From the NCBI RefSeq assembly GCF_009914755.1, contig NC_060929.1: a stretch of DNA of 64,000 nt; one strand, 5' to 3'. Below the pieces are notes generated by a model, which saw only the letters and a list, made by a program, of their open reading frames with translations, was not told where the DNA came from and did no database searches. This stretch comes from the human T2T-CHM13v2.0 reference genome, Homo sapiens. Below, in pieces: positions 1-14,303 of this stretch (the first letter of the stretch is position 1; each line of letters opens with the position of its first letter). A program made the position numbers and the translations under genes.

Positions 1-362
1 TGCCAGATACCCTAAATCATAACTCTCAAGTACAAAGTTCCACAGATCTCTAGGCAGGGGCAAAATGCCTTCAGTTTCTTTGCTAAAGCATGGCAAGAGT
101 GACCTTTGCTCCAGTTCCCAAGAAGTTCCTCATCTCCATCTGATACTATCTCAGCCTGGAGTTCATTGTCCATATCACTATTAGCATTTTGGTCAAAATC
201 ATTCAACAAGTCTCTAGGAAGTTCCAAACTTTCCCACATCTTCCTATATTTTTCTGAACCCTGCAAATGATTTCAACCTCTGCCCATTGCCCAGTTCCAA
301 AGTCACTTCCACATTTTTAGGTTATCTTATAGCCGTGGCCTACTCTGCTGGTACCAATTTTC
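1..362 (-). mobile_element. THE1/MST-type MaLR internal region (continues off window)
   Basis: Reverse complement of the MaLR-int 5' region (…AAATTGGTACCAG…) directly abutting the LTR at 363; homologous to 50908-51275. Confidence 0.85.
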
Positions 363-730
363 TATATTAGTCCATTTTCACCCTGCTATAAAAAACTACC
401 TGAGACTGAGTAACTGACAAACAAAAGAGGTTTAATTGACTCACAGTTCTTTATGGCTGGGGAGACCCCAGGACACTTATAATCATGGCAGAAGGTGAAG
501 GGGAAGCAAGGTACATCTTACATGTCCATAGGAGAGAGAGAGAGAAAGAGAGAGGGGGAGTACCACACATTTAAACTATCAGATCTCATGAGAACTCACT
601 GACTATCATGAGAACAGCATGGGGGAAACCAACCCCTAAATCCAATCACCTCCCACCAAGTGCCTCCCTTGACATGTGGGATTACAATTTGTGATGATAT
701 TTGGGTATGACACAGAGCCAAGCCATATCA
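363..730 (-). mobile_element. THE1D-like MaLR 5' LTR
   Basis: tatattagtccattttcac…gacacagagccaagccatatca is the reverse complement of a TGATATGG…CTAATACA-type THE1 LTR. Confidence 0.85.
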
Positions 731-1194
731 TTCTAGGCAGAAGAAGTTTCTCAAAAAGATGATGTTGAAAACCTTGTTGTCAACCTTGAATGAAAGAAAG
801 TCCTAATGGGGCAGAAATGAAAAGGGAAGCTGCACACCAAGTGGGAGCTGCACCATGGCCATCATAAGGATTTTGTATCTAGGTAAAGCTCCTAGAGCTG
901 CTGGCTGCGAAGTTATTATTCAAGAAGTACATGACAGAAAATCCTTGGTTGTGCACAAGGGAGGGAGCTTAAAATAAGATCCTTGCCTAATGGTGGGTGC
1001 GTCAAAGTGCTGTCCTGCTCCATAGATAAGAAGACAAGAGGAACTACATACTGACACTGGAAAGTGGTTGGGATGGCTGCCACCAAAAAAATTCTTGGAT
1101 GAATGGATGGAAAAGCCAACTTCCAGAACTACAAAACTCTAGGTGTGAGTTGCTGTGCATAAAATTAACATAAAATAAGTGAAAAGACCAGTGA

Positions 1195-1577
<383 letters not shown>

Positions 1578-1590
1578 AAATAAACATATC

Positions 1591-1995
1591 TTATATAGTT
1601 TGTATATGTTGGTCAAACCTCATGTTCATATATAATCCCCAATATTGGAAGTGGGGCCCGGAGGGAGGTGATTTGAACATGGTGGTGGATTTCTCATGAA
1701 TGGTTTAGCACCATCCACCTTGGTTCTCTCCTTACAATAGTGAGTGACTTCTCATGAGATCTGGCTCTTTAAAAGTGTGGCACTCCCACTCTCCTGCTCC
1801 TGCTTTCACCATGTGAAATTTCTGCTCCTGTTTCACTTTCCAGCATGAGTGAAAGCTTCCTGAGGCTTTCTCAGAAGCAGATGCTGCTATGCTTCCTGTG
1901 CAGCCTGCAGAACCATGAGCCAATTAAACTTCTTTTCATATAAATTACCCAGTTTCAGATATTTCTTTATAGAAATGCAAGAATGGCCTGACACA
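1591..1995 (+). mobile_element. MSTA LTR (5' LTR)
   Basis: gatttctcatgaatggtttagcaccatcc, gcagcctgcagaaccatgagccaattaaac and terminal gaatggcctgacaca match MSTA. Confidence 0.85.
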
Positions 1996-3912
1996 GAAAA
2001 TTGGTACTGAGGAGTAAGGCGTTAATATAAAGATACCTGAAAATGTGGAAACAGCTTTGGAACTTGGTAATGGGTAGAAGTTGAAAGAGTTTGGAGGGCT
2101 CAGAAGACTAGAAGATGAGGGAAAGTTTGGAACTTCTTAGAGACTGGTTAAATTGTTGTGACTATAATGCTGATAGTGATATAAACAGTGCAGTCCAGGC
2201 TGACAAGGTTTCAGATAGAAATGAGGAACTTTTTGGGAACTACAGCAAAGGTCACCCATGTTGTGCCTTAGCAAAGAGGTTGGCTGCATTCTGTTCATGC
2301 CCTGGGGCTCTGTGGAAGCTAGAACTAAAGAGTGTTAATTTAGTTCAGAGATGAGAGAAAGAAGGAGATAAGAGGAAATCATGTGGGAGTAAAGAAATGA
2401 CCTAAGGTTCAAACTTATATTTAAAAGGGAAGTAGAGTGCAAACGTTTAGAGAATTTGCAGCCTTACAATGTGGCAGAGAAAGGAAAAACTTTTATAGGA
2501 GAGAAATTCAAGCAGGCTGTGGAGCAACCACTTGCTAGAGAAATTTGCATAACTCAAAGGGAGCCCAATGCTGATAGCCAAGAAAATGGGAGGAAGGCCT
2601 CAAAGGCATTTTAGAGACCTTCATGGCAGCCCCTTCCACCATAGGCCCAGAGGCCTAGGAGGAAAGAATGGTTTTATTGGCCAGGCCCAGGTCCCTACTA
2701 CCCTGTGCAGCCTCTGGAAGCTGCTCCCCACATCCCAGCCACTTTGGCTCCAGCCTCAGCTCAAAGGGCCCCGGATACAGCTTGGGCTGCTGCTTCAGAG
2801 GGTGCAAGCCTTATATAAGCCTTGGCAGCTTCTATGTGGTGTTAAGCCTTAGGTGCACAGAGTGCAAGAGTGAAAAACGCTAGCAGCCCCTGCCTAGATT
2901 TCAGAGGATGTGTGAGAAAGCCTGAGTGCCCATGCGGAAGCTTGCTACAGGGGTGGAGTCATGACGTTGAACCTCTACTCAGGCAGTGCCAAGGGGAAAT
3001 GTGGGGTTGGAACCTCCATGCATAGTCCCCACTGGGGTACAGCCTCATAGAGCTGTGGGAAGGGGGCCACCATTTTCCAGACCCTATAATGGTAGATTAT
3101 ACAGCTTGTTCCCTGTGCCTGGAAAAGCCACAGACACTCAACAACTTGTGAGAGCAGCTTCACGCACTAAAACTTGCAAAGTCAGAGGGATAGAGCTACC
3201 CAAGGCCTTGGGAGCCCACTAGTGTGCCCAGTATGTGGACATGAAGTCAAAGGAGATTATTTTGGAACTTTAAGTTTACTGACTGTCTTGCTGGGTTTTG
3301 AACTTGCATGAAGCCCATAGACCCCTTTTGGCCAATTTCTTCCTTTTTAAAATTTTAATTTAATTTAATTTAATTTTTTTTTTTTTGAGATGGAGTTTCA
3401 CTCTTTCATTCAGGCTGGAGTACAGTGGCTCCATCTTGGCTCACTGCAACGTCTGCCTCCTGGGTTCAAGCAATTCTCCTGCCTCAGCTTCCTGAGTAGC
3501 TGGGATTACAGGCGCCCACCACCACACCCAGCTAATTTTTTTTTTTTTTTTTTTCATTTTTCAGTAGAGATGAGGTTTCACCATGTTGGCCAGGCTGGTC
3601 TCAAACTCCTGACCTCAAGTGATCCTCCCACCTCCCAAAGTGCTGGGATTACAAGTGTGAGCCACCATGCCTGGCCCAATTTCTCCCTTTTGTAATGGGA
3701 ATATTTACACAATACCTATACCCCATTGTATATTGGCAGTAAATAACTTTTTAAAAAAATTTTACATACTCATAAGTGGAAGAAAGTCATTTCCAGATAA
3801 GACTTTGGATTTGGGACTTGGACATTTTGAGTTAATGCTGGAATGAGTTAAGACTTTGGGAGGACTATCGAGAAGGGATCATTGTATTTTGAAATGTGAG
3901 AAGGACATGAGA
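1996..3912 (+). mobile_element. MSTA-int MaLR internal region (interrupted by an Alu; own 3' LTR missing)
   Basis: Starts gaaaattggtac right after the LTR; typical MaLR-int sequence ending …tgtgagaaggacatgaga. Confidence 0.85.
3348..3676 (-). mobile_element. AluS inserted in MSTA-int
   Basis: Antisense Alu with (TTTAA)n tail; TSD caatttcttcctttt (3333-3347) / caatttctccctttt (3677-3691). Confidence 0.93.
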
Positions 3913-3917
3913 ATGGT

Positions 3918-4281
3918 TGATATGGTTTGGCTGTGTCGCCTCCCAAATCTCATCCTGAATTGTAATCCCCATAATCCCCACGTGTTATGGGAGGGACCAG
4001 GTGGGAGGTAATTGGATCATGGGGGCAGTTTCCCTCATGCTGTTCTCATGATACTGAGTGAGTTCTCAAGAGATTTGGTGGTTTGGTAAATATCTGGCAT
4101 TTCTCCTACTGGTACTCATTCTCTTTCCTGCTGCCCTAGGAGGAGGTACCTTCTGCCATGATTGTAAGTTTCCAGAGGCCTCCCCAGCCATACAGAACTG
4201 TGAGTCAATTAAACCTCTTTTCTTTATAAATTACCCAGTCTTGGGTATTTCCTTATAGCAATGTGAGAAGGAACTTATTCA
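3918..4281 (+). mobile_element. THE1C/D-like solo LTR
   Basis: tgatatggtttggctgtgtc…cttattca; flanked by atggt / atggc (5-bp TSD, 1 mismatch). Confidence 0.85.
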
Positions 4282-4469
4282 ATGGCCTTACACAAAATTC
4301 ATCTTCCATTAAAAATGAGCTCCAACCAAAAAATTACAGAAAAAGAAGATTAACCTGAAAGAGAATCATCAGTCAAACAAGAATTGGAAATCATAGATAA
4401 CATTGAAAGAAGCCCTAAAATAGCACTAAAGTGGATAAAGTGATAAAAGAAGGAGGGGCTATTGCATTT

Positions 4470-4900
4470 ATAACAACTGCTAAGTAAAAGTCTACTCCTT
4501 CAAAATTAATATATCAAAATAGTCATTTTATTTTGTTCACACTTTTGAGAGTTGGAAATTTCAAAAAAATTCATGGTGGACAATATTTATCTCTGATTCA
4601 CTTTGGAGACGGGAGCAGGAGGATCCACTCCCATCACAGCCCTGGACTGACATGTCTGGTTCACTGGGGCTGTTTGACTTCTCTGTCTCTCTCCATGGCA
4701 CATGGTGTCTTATCTTCCAGAACTTTCAAGGGCAGGTGCTACATCCTGTGACATGGCATAGGGCTTTCAAGAGGGGGTTTCCCGAGACTGAGCTTCCCAA
4801 AAGGCTGTCTTTGGAAAATATAAACTGCCACAGTAGGTAAGACAGAAGATTCCCCACAGGAAAATAGAGAGTTTGTAAAGTGTGTGTAGTGCAAGCGCAT
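4470..4900 (-). mobile_element. Possible old MLT1-type LTR remnant
   Basis: Degenerate similarity only (ctctgtctctctccatgg…, actgccacagt…). Confidence 0.3.
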
Positions 4901-5429
4901 AAGGAGTTGGAAAATGCAGAACTGGAAAGTGTTAAAGAAAAACAGACAAGAGATAAGCAGTGTTGCCTTCTGTCAACTGGGAATATCAAAAGGAGAATAT
5001 ACAAAAATTTTAGAAGATATAAAACTCTGGTTTTCTTCAGATATGAAAAAAACTCTTGATTCTCTCTATCAAAGGAATGCTTTGAATATTGAGTGAGATA
5101 AAAAATTCAAACCTAGGCACGTTGTGGTGAAACTGCAAAATATCAAATACAAAGAGAGACATTAAAAAATTCATTAAGTAGAAAAGCCAGATAATGTACA
5201 AAGAAAACTCAATATAATGTATGTCGTACTTTTAAGAGGTAGAGAAGTCAGTGGCTGCTGGAGTAGCCAAAATAGGTTTCCTAGAAGAACTGGGTGTAAA
5301 CTAGTCTTTAAAGCCTGAGATTTGAAAAGTGGTAAAAAACCAAAGTTCTTTTCCTGGGCACACACACTCTGCAAGTATATGATTTGAACATGGTAGAATA
5401 TATTATTTTAATAAAGGTAATGACAATGG

Positions 5430-5645
5430 CTAATGTTTATTCACTATTTATAAGTACAGAATGATTTTTAGGGATTTTTCAAACATTATACCATGTAATC
5501 TCTGAAATAATGTTGGGAGGTGGCTATTGTTTTTGTCATTTTATAGACAAAATTTAATTGCCAAAGGTAACTGATAGTAAGTAGAAGAATCAGCATCATA
5601 CCCCAGATATGCTTCTTGCTAGATTCCAAGGTCTTAATGACCACA
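5430..5645 (-). mobile_element. MIR SINE remnant
   Basis: cattttatagac…ccaaaggtaac…agtaagtag…cttaatgaccac resembles the antisense MIR core. Confidence 0.55.
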
Positions 5646-7054
5646 TGATACCCTCTAAAGAGACCAAGAATTCTATCTATTCACAACACCTCTGCCATAC
5701 TTACTTTCCATGTGATTAACCAGAGTTTACTGTAGGGGAATATGCATATGGGGAATGCGATTTCTCCCAAAATACAACTGTGTTTGTAGAACAGCAAGAA
5801 ACATAATAGGGGTGGTAGTGGGGTTTTGCTTTTTTATCTTGATTTTCTAATAACAGCAACCCTTGAAAAAATAAATCTCAGATGAAATTTTCTTTATGGA
5901 ACAAAAAGCACCTTGCCTTACTACATTAACGCTGGAAGAAGAAGATTAATGTTTCCTTACCTTTTCAGTTTATTCACTCTTCCTTCTATGCTGTTTAGAA
6001 AATAATGGATATCAAAAAATTGCTTCAACACTTCAGACAAACCCAAATTGTGGTCTTTGCAACCAGCCCTCCCTTCCCACCAATCATACACTTTGGAGTA
6101 ACGACTGAAATTCTGCTATATCCTTCAGATTAACAATTTATGCAAACTCTTAAAAGTATTCTCATGGATTGGATTTTAAACTCTGACATAAGGGAAATGA
6201 TTATTTTATTTGAAGTGTGTTAAACTTAAAAAATATGTGATCCTACTTATGATAAAATGATGTAACAGGTTTGTAGCCATGCTTTTTACATCCCACAGGG
6301 GCTGAAAAACATTCAGATATAGTATTTACCAATATTTCCCTTAACTTTCTCATAGATGGTCATAATCGTTAAAACTTATTTATAGACTTTTTTTCTCTTG
6401 ACTGGCATGCCGGCCATATGAAATTGGGTCAGGAAAGAACATCAAAGTCTTTTAAAGCTTGTCTCCATCTATGCATTTTTCTTTTGTACATTTTTATCTT
6501 TTGGGGGTTTTAGATACATTCTGTCTCTACATTTACAGGCTGATTTACCAACATATTTGCTCTGTGTTTGGGCTGGGGATACTCATTCCTGGCTCTATTC
6601 TGGAAAGGTATGTGACAGAAACTTGTACTCTTCAGAAGGAAGAACCCATAAGAAAAACTAATAGTGATTTTCTGCAATACTGACCTTTTTACAATACTGA
6701 TTCTGTCTTCTAGCATTATTTCATTTATTAGATTGCACCTCATCACTATTATAGCTTACCTGTATATTATCATTTGTCTTTTTCCCCTGGCAGACAGATA
6801 CAAATCAATAAACAATTCTAAATTAGTGAGCATATTGTAGTGTAGGATGTGCATTTTACTTTTATATGTATGTTGAGTGGGGAAGAAATGTAATAATAAT
6901 TCTGGAAACAACATTAGGTAAGGAAGAAAAGACATAGATTCTGGTTATAACTCTGACCCTGACTGGCTGGCTATGAGGTGGGGCAACTGAGTCATTTGGG
7001 GTTTTATGTTTCTCTTCTATGGAAGTGAAGTAAATAACAAAGTAGCCAGTATTA

Positions 7055-7265
7055 CTGACCACTTATTATGTGCCAGGAACATTTCAGACTGTTGCATGCA
7101 TAAACATATTTAACTGAAATTACAACTATGTGAGGTATTAATAATATTGCCTCTTTAATTTGAGAAACGCTAGGTAGGGAGAGTTAACTTCCCAAGTCAC
7201 ACAACATTTAGAGAAGGATTGAACCTAGGGAATCTATCCTAGTGTCTAACCTCTTAACCTCTATA
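7055..7265 (-). mobile_element. MIR SINE
   Basis: acttattatgtgccagg…gagaaac…gttaacttcccaagtcacacaa…ggattgaacctagg…ctcttaacc. Confidence 0.7.
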
Positions 7266-8851
7266 TTGCAACTATTTCCCTTAAAGTGGTAGGAGTGGGT
7301 GAACTATCTTCACAATCCTTAAATTCCTTCCAGTTCTAACATGACACAATTCTTAATCTCCTCCCCAGTGTTGGTAAGTAAAATACTTAGATAGAAAGTG
7401 GAATTTCTAGAAGATAAAATGCTTAAAACATCAGGAAATCTGGTGAAGGCAAACCTGAAAAAGAGATCTTGGTGAGATAGGACATTTTTCAAAATAAAAG
7501 CCATTTAGAGGGGATACCTGGGTGGATCATGGCGGACGGGAGGCAGGACTAGATTGAAGCTCCAACTCGGATGGGCAGAGCAGCATATGGAGGCTCACAT
7601 CGTGAATTTTTGCTCCAGAATGACTGCAGGCATAAATCAAGAAACCTGAGAAGACCCACAGACCTTTTGAAGGAAGTGGATTGCTCCTGCAGGACCTGGG
7701 AGACACCCCAAATACTGAGTGCCCAAACTGTGGAAGTGGGAAAGGGAGAACATTTGCCCTCAAACACACACACGCATTGGGGAGACTGAAAGTCTATATT
7801 ATGAGAAGATTCAGATCATAACTGGAGCTGAGTCAACTTAGCTGAGCAAAATACGGGGGTAGAGGAAGGAGGAGAAAAAGCCCTGTGAGATCACTGGGTC
7901 CCCTAGCAAGCCATTTTTGCCTGGCTTCACAGGGGTCCTTGGGGAGGGTGGCCACAGGCACTGGGAAAAGGCCACAGGAGAAGGATATCTCCAGCTAAAC
8001 TTTGTAACAATTTGAAACTGATTGCATAGTCTCCTGGCCAACTTGAGGGAGGAGCCTGGGGCAAGTTCTCAGCCCTGCTCACCCAATGCCTGGAAATAGA
8101 CTCGCTGCTGTTGGGGAGGCACGGTGGGAGTGAGACTGGCCCTTCAGGTTGTGTGGGAACTGGGTGAAGCCTGTGACTTCTGGCTTTCCCCTATTTCCCT
8201 GACACCCTGCATGACACAGTAGAGACAGCCATAATCCTCCTAGGAACATAATTCCATTGACTTGGGAATCTCACCTCCATACCCCACAGTAGTCACAGCA
8301 AGACCCACCCAAGAAGAGTCTGAGGTCAGACATGCCTAGCCCTGCGCCTACCCCCATGGTCTTTTCCTACCCATCCTGGTAACTCAAGAAAAAGGGCATA
8401 TACTCTTGAGGTTTCTAGGGCCTTGCCCACTGCCTGTTCTTCCCCATACTACCACAGCTGATGCTCTCTGGAAAGTGCCACCTCCTGCCAGGAGGCCAAC
8501 CAGCACAAAAATAGTGCATTAAATTACCAAAGCTAAGAACCCTCACAGAGTCCATTTCAACCCCCTGCCACCTCCACTGGAACAGATGCTGGTATCCACG
8601 GCTGAGAGATCACAGATGGTTCACATCACAGTACTCTGTGCAGACTACCCCCACTACCAGTGCAGAGCCTGGTAAATTTGCTGTGTAGCTAAATCCAGAA
8701 GAGAGATAACAATCACTATAACTTGGCTGTCAGGAAGCCACATCCCTAAAAAAAGGGGGAGAGTACTACATCAAAGGAACACCCCATGGGACAAAAGGCT
8801 CTGAACAACAGCCTTCAGTCCTAGACCTTCCCTCTGATAGAGCCTACCCAA

Positions 8852-9870
8852 ATGAGAAGGAACCAGAAAACCAACTCTGGTAATATGACAAAACAAGGTT
8901 ATTTAACAGCCCCCCAAAATCACATTAGCTTACCAGCAATGGACCCAAACCAGTAAGAAATCCCTGACTTACCTGAAAAAGAATTCAGAAGGTTAGTTAT
9001 TAAGCTAATCAGGGAGGCACCAGAGAAAGGTGAAGCCCGATTTAAGGAAATTTAAAAAATGATACAAGAAGTGAAGGGGGAAATATTCAATGAAATAGAT
9101 AGCATAAATTAAAAAAGTCAAAACTTCAGGAAATGATGGACACACTTACAGAAATGCAAAATGCTCTGGAAAGTCTCAGTCATAGAATTGAACAAATAGA
9201 ATAAAAAAAATTCAGAGCTCGAAGACAAGGTCTTCAAATTAACCCAATCCAACAAAGACAAAGAAAAAAACAAGAAAATATGAACAAAGCAGCCAAGAAG
9301 TCTGAGATTATGTTAAATGACCAAAGCTAAGAATAATTGTTGTTCCTGAGGAAGAATTGAAATCTAAAAGTTTGGAAAACACACTTGAGGGAATAATCGA
9401 GGAAAACTTCCCCAGCCTTGCTAGAGGCATAGACGTCTAAATATTAGAAGCACAAAGAACACCTGGGAAATTCATTGCAAAAAGATTATCGCCTAAGCAC
9501 ATTGTCATCAGGCTATCTAAAGTTAAGAGGAAAGAAAGAATCTTAAGAGCTGTGAGGCAAAAGCACCAGGTAACCTATAAAGGAAAACCTATCAGATTAA
9601 CAGCAGATTTCTCAGCAGAAATCCTACAAGCTAGAAGGGATCGGGGCCCTATCTTCAGCCTCCTCAAACAAAATGATTATCAGCCAAGAATTTTGTATCC
9701 AGCAAAATCAAGCTTCATATATGAAGGAAAGATACAGTATTTTTCAGAGAAGCAAATGCTGAGATAATTCACCATTACCAAGCCACCACTACAAGAACTG
9801 CTAAAAGGAGCTCTAAATCTTGAAACAAATCCTGGAAACACATCAAAACAGAACTTCTTTAAAGCATAAA
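8852..9870 (+). pseudogene. L1 ORF1p remnant (frameshifts and stops)
   Basis: Starts MRRNQKTNSGNMTKQG; ORF 9552-9767 gives the ORF1p C-terminal motifs KGKPIRLTADFS and YQPRILYPAK. Confidence 0.85.
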
Positions 9871-9956
9871 TCTCACAGGACCTATAAAATGAAATACAAT
9901 TTAAAAAACAAAAGCAAAACTAAAAAAAAAAAAAGGACATACAGGCAACAAATAGC

Positions 9957-12900
9957 ATGATGAATGGAATGGTACCTCACATCTCAATAATAATAAATGG
10001 CCAAAATGCTCCACTTAAAAGATACAGAATTGCAGAATGGATAAGAATTCACCAACCAACTATCTGCTGCCTTCAACAGACTCGGCTAATGCATAAAGAC
10101 TTACATCAACTTAAAGTACAGGGGTGGGAAAAGACATATCATACAAATGGACACTGAAAGCGAGCAGGAGTAGCTATTCTTATATCAGACAAAACAAACT
10201 TTAAAGCAACAGCAGTTAAAAAAGACAAAGAGGGACATTATATAATGATAAAAGGCCTTGTCCAACAGGAAAATATCACAATCCTAAACATATATGCACA
10301 TAACACGGGAGCTTCCAAATTTGTAAAACAATTACTAATAGATCTAAGAAACGAGATAGACAGCAACACAATAATAGTGGGAACTTCAATACTCCACTGA
10401 CAGCACTAGACAAGTCATCAAGACAGAAAGTCAACAAAGAAACAATGGATTTAAACTATACCTTGGAACAAATGGACTTAACAGATATATACAGAACCTT
10501 CTACCCAACAACCACAGAATATACATTCAACAGTGCATGGAACATTCTCCAAGATAGACCATATGATAGGCAACAAAATGAGCCTCGATAAACTTGAGAA
10601 AATTGAAATGTTATCAAGCACTCTCTCAGACCACAGCAGAATAAAACTTGAAATCAACTCCAAAAGAAACCCTCAAAACCATGCAAATGCATGGAAATTA
10701 AATAACCTGCTCCTGAATGATCAATCGGTCAAAATGAAATCAAGATGGAAATTTAAAAATTCTTTGAATGAAACAACAATATTGACACAACCTATCAAAA
10801 CTTCTGGGATACAGCAAAGGCGGTACCGAGAGAAAAGTTCATAGCCCTAGATGCCTACATCAAAATGTCTGGAAGAGCACAGACAGGCAATCTAAGTTCA
10901 CACCTCAAGAAACTAGAGAAATAAGAACAAACCAAACCCAAACCCAGCAGAAGAAAGGAAATAGCCAATATCAGAGCAGAACTAAATAAAATTGAAACAA
11001 AAAAGTCCAAAAGATAAGTGAAGCAAAAAACTGGTTCTTTGAAAAGATAAATAAAACTGATAGTCCATTAGCAAGATAAACCAAGAAAAGAAGACAGAAA
11101 ATCCAAATAAGCTCAATATGAAATAAAGCGGGAGACAGTACAACTGACAGCACAGAAATACAAAAGGTCATTCAAGGCTACTATGAACACCTTTTTGCAT
11201 ATAAACTAGAAAACCTAGAGGAGATGGATAAATTCTTAGAAAGATACAACCCTCCTAGCTTAAATCAGGAGGAATTAGATACCCTGAACAGACCAATAAC
11301 AAGCAGTAAGATTGAAATGGTAGTTAAAAAATTACCAACAAAAAAATGTCCAGGACCACATGGATTTACAGCAGAATTCCACCAGACATTCAAAGAAGAA
11401 TTGGTAGGAATCCTATTGACACTATTCCACAAGATAGAGAAAGAGGGAACTCTTCCTAAATCATTCTGTGAAGCCAGTACCACCCTAGTGCCAAAACCAG
11501 GAAAGAGCATAACCAAAAAAGAAAACTACAGACCAATATCCCTAATGAACATAGATGCTAAAAACCTTAACAAAATACTAGCTAACCAAATCCCACAATA
11601 TATCAAAAAGATAATCCACCATGATCAAATGGGCTTCATACCAGGGATGCAGGGATAGTTTAACATATGCAAGTCAATAAATGTGATACACCACATAAAC
11701 AGAATTAAAAACAAAAATCATATGATCATCTCAATAGATGCAGAAAAATTATTCCACAAAACCTGGCACCCCTTTATCATTAAAACTCTCAGCGAAATCG
11801 GCATACAAAGGACTTACCTCAATGTAATAAAAGCCATATATGACAAACCCACAGCCAACATAATACTGAGTGCAGATAAGTAGAAAGCATTCCCTCTGAG
11901 AACTGTAACGGGACAAGGATGCCCACTCTCCCCACTCCTCTTCACCATAATACTGGAAGTTCTAGCCAGTACAATCAGACAAGAGAAAGAAATAAAGGGC
12001 ATTCAAGATGGTAAAGTGGAGGTCAAACTGTTGCTGTTTGCTGATAATATGATTGTTTACTTAGAAAACCCTAAAGACTCCTCTAGAAAGCTCCTAGGAC
12101 TGATAAAATAATTCAGCAAGTTTCCAGATAAAAAATTAATCTTGTATTTGTACACAAATCAGTAGTTCTCCTATACACCAACAGTGACTAAGCTGAGAAT
12201 CAAATCAAGAACTGCACCCTTTTACAATAGCTATGAAAAATACTTAGAAATATACCTAACCAAGGAGGTGAAAGACCTCTACAAGAAAGTCTACAAAACA
12301 CTGCTGAAAGCAATCAGAGACAACACAAACAAGTGGAAACACATCCCATGCTCATGGATGAGTAGAATCAATATTGTGAAAATGACCATACTGTCAAAAG
12401 CAATCTACAAATTCAACGCAATTCCCATAAAAATACTACCATCATTCTTCACAGTATTAGAAAAAACAATTATAAAATCCATATGGAACAAAAAGTAAGG
12501 CAGCATAGTCAAAGCAAAACTAAGCCTAAAGAACAAATCTGGAGGCATCACATTACCTGATTTCCAACTATACTATGAGGCCATAGTCACCAAAACAGCA
12601 GGGTATTGGTATAAAAAATAGGCAAATAGACCAATGGAACAGAATAGAGAACCCAGAAATAAACCCAAATACTTACAGCCAACTGATCTTTGACAAAGCA
12701 AACAAAAACATGAAGTGGGGAAAGGACACCCTTTTCAATAAACGGTGCTGGGAAAACTGGCTAGCCACATGCAGGAGAATGAAACTGGATCCTCATCTCT
12801 CAACTTACACAAAAATCAACTCAAGATGGATGAAGGACTTAAATCTAAGACCTAAAACTATAAAAATTCTAGAAGATAACTTTGGAAAAAGTCTTGTAGA

Positions 12901-13700
12901 CATTGGCTTAGCCAAGGACTTCATGACCAAAAACCCAAAAGCAAATGCAATAAAAACAAAGACAAATAGCTGGGACTTAATTAAAGAGCCCTTGCATGGC
13001 AAAAGAAACAGTCAGCAGAGTAAACAGACAACCCACACAGTGGGAGAAAATCTTCACAATCTACACATCTGACAAAGGACTAATATCCAGAATCCACAAC
13101 AAACTCAAACAAATCAGCCAGAAAAAAACAAACAATTCCATCAAAAAGTGGTCTAAGGAAATGAATAGACAATTCTCAAAAGAAGATATACAAATGGCCC
13201 ATAAACACATGAAAAAATGCTCAACATCTCTATCAGGGAAATGGAAATCAAAACCACAATATGATACCATTTTACTCCTCTAAGAATGGTCATAATAAAA
13301 AGATAGTAGATGTTGGCATGAATGCAGTGAACAGGGAACACTTCTACACTGGTGGTGGGAGTGTAAACTATTACAACCACTATGGAAAACAGTGTGGAGA
13401 TTCTTTAAAGAACTAAAAGTAGAACTACCATTTGATCCAGCAATCCTACTACTGGCTGGGTATCTAACTAGAGGAAAAGAAGTCTTTATACAAAAAAGAT
13501 ACTTGCACATGCATGTCTATAACAGCACAATTCTCAATTGCAAAAGCATGGAACCTACCCAAATGCCCATCAATCAATGAGTGGATAAAGAAACTGTGGT
13601 ATATATATATATGATGGAATACTACTCTGCCATAATAAGAAATGAATTAATGGCATTCACAGCGACCTGGATGAGATTGGAGACTATTATTTTAAGTGAA
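9957..13700 (+). pseudogene. L1 ORF2p (endonuclease/reverse transcriptase) remnant, broken into short ORFs
   Basis: Fragments PTICCLQQT and FSKIDHMIG (EN), [14 protein letters not shown] and MIISIDAEK (RT), [15 protein letters not shown]; multiple stops and frameshifts. Confidence 0.9.
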
Positions 13701-14253
13701 GTAATCAGGAATGGAAAACCAAACATCACATGTTTTCACTCGTAAGTGGCAGCTAAACTGTGAGGATGCAAAGGCATAAGAATGACACAATGGAGTTTGG
13801 GCACTCAGGGGGAAAGGGTGGGAAGGGAGTGAGGGATAAAAGGCTACAAATAGGGTGCAGTGTATAATACTTAGGTGGTGAGTGCACCAAAATCTCACAA
13901 ATCGCCACTAAAGAACTTACTCATGTAACCAAACACCACCTGTTCTCCAATAACCTATGGAAATAAAAAAATTAAACATCATCAACAACAAAATAAAAGC
14001 CATTTAATTAACAAATAGTACTAGAATCTACAGTGCCAATAATTTGTTCTTCAATCTCATGTATTCAAGTAACATCCATTTTCTAAAATTCTTTTGTTTA
14101 AAACAGCAAGTATATCGAGTACAGGAACAGTTAAGAAATATAAATGAATCATATGATAACAGTTGGTATGCGTGCACACACACACTAATATAACCCATCA
14201 ATTATATAGATAGATAGAAGGTGACATTAATAACAAAGTGAAATTAATAGCAG

Positions 14254-14303
14254 ATATCTATATCTATATCTATATCTATATCTATATCTATATCTATATA
14301 TCT
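14254..14303. repeat. (TATATC)n microsatellite
   Basis: About 8 tandem hexamer copies visible. Confidence 0.9.

Larger units (their letters stand above)
7508..13989 (+). mobile_element. Full-length L1PB1-like LINE-1 (~6.5 kb), inactive
   Basis: L1PB-type 5'UTR, ORF1 and ORF2 remnants, L1PB1-type 3'UTR; perfect 17-bp TSD aaaataaaagccattta at 7491-7507 and 13990-14006. Confidence 0.95.

Noticed and set aside
11224-11658. 144-aa ORF as a gene
   Set aside because: Fragment of L1 ORF2 bounded by stops and frameshifts in a dead L1PB1.
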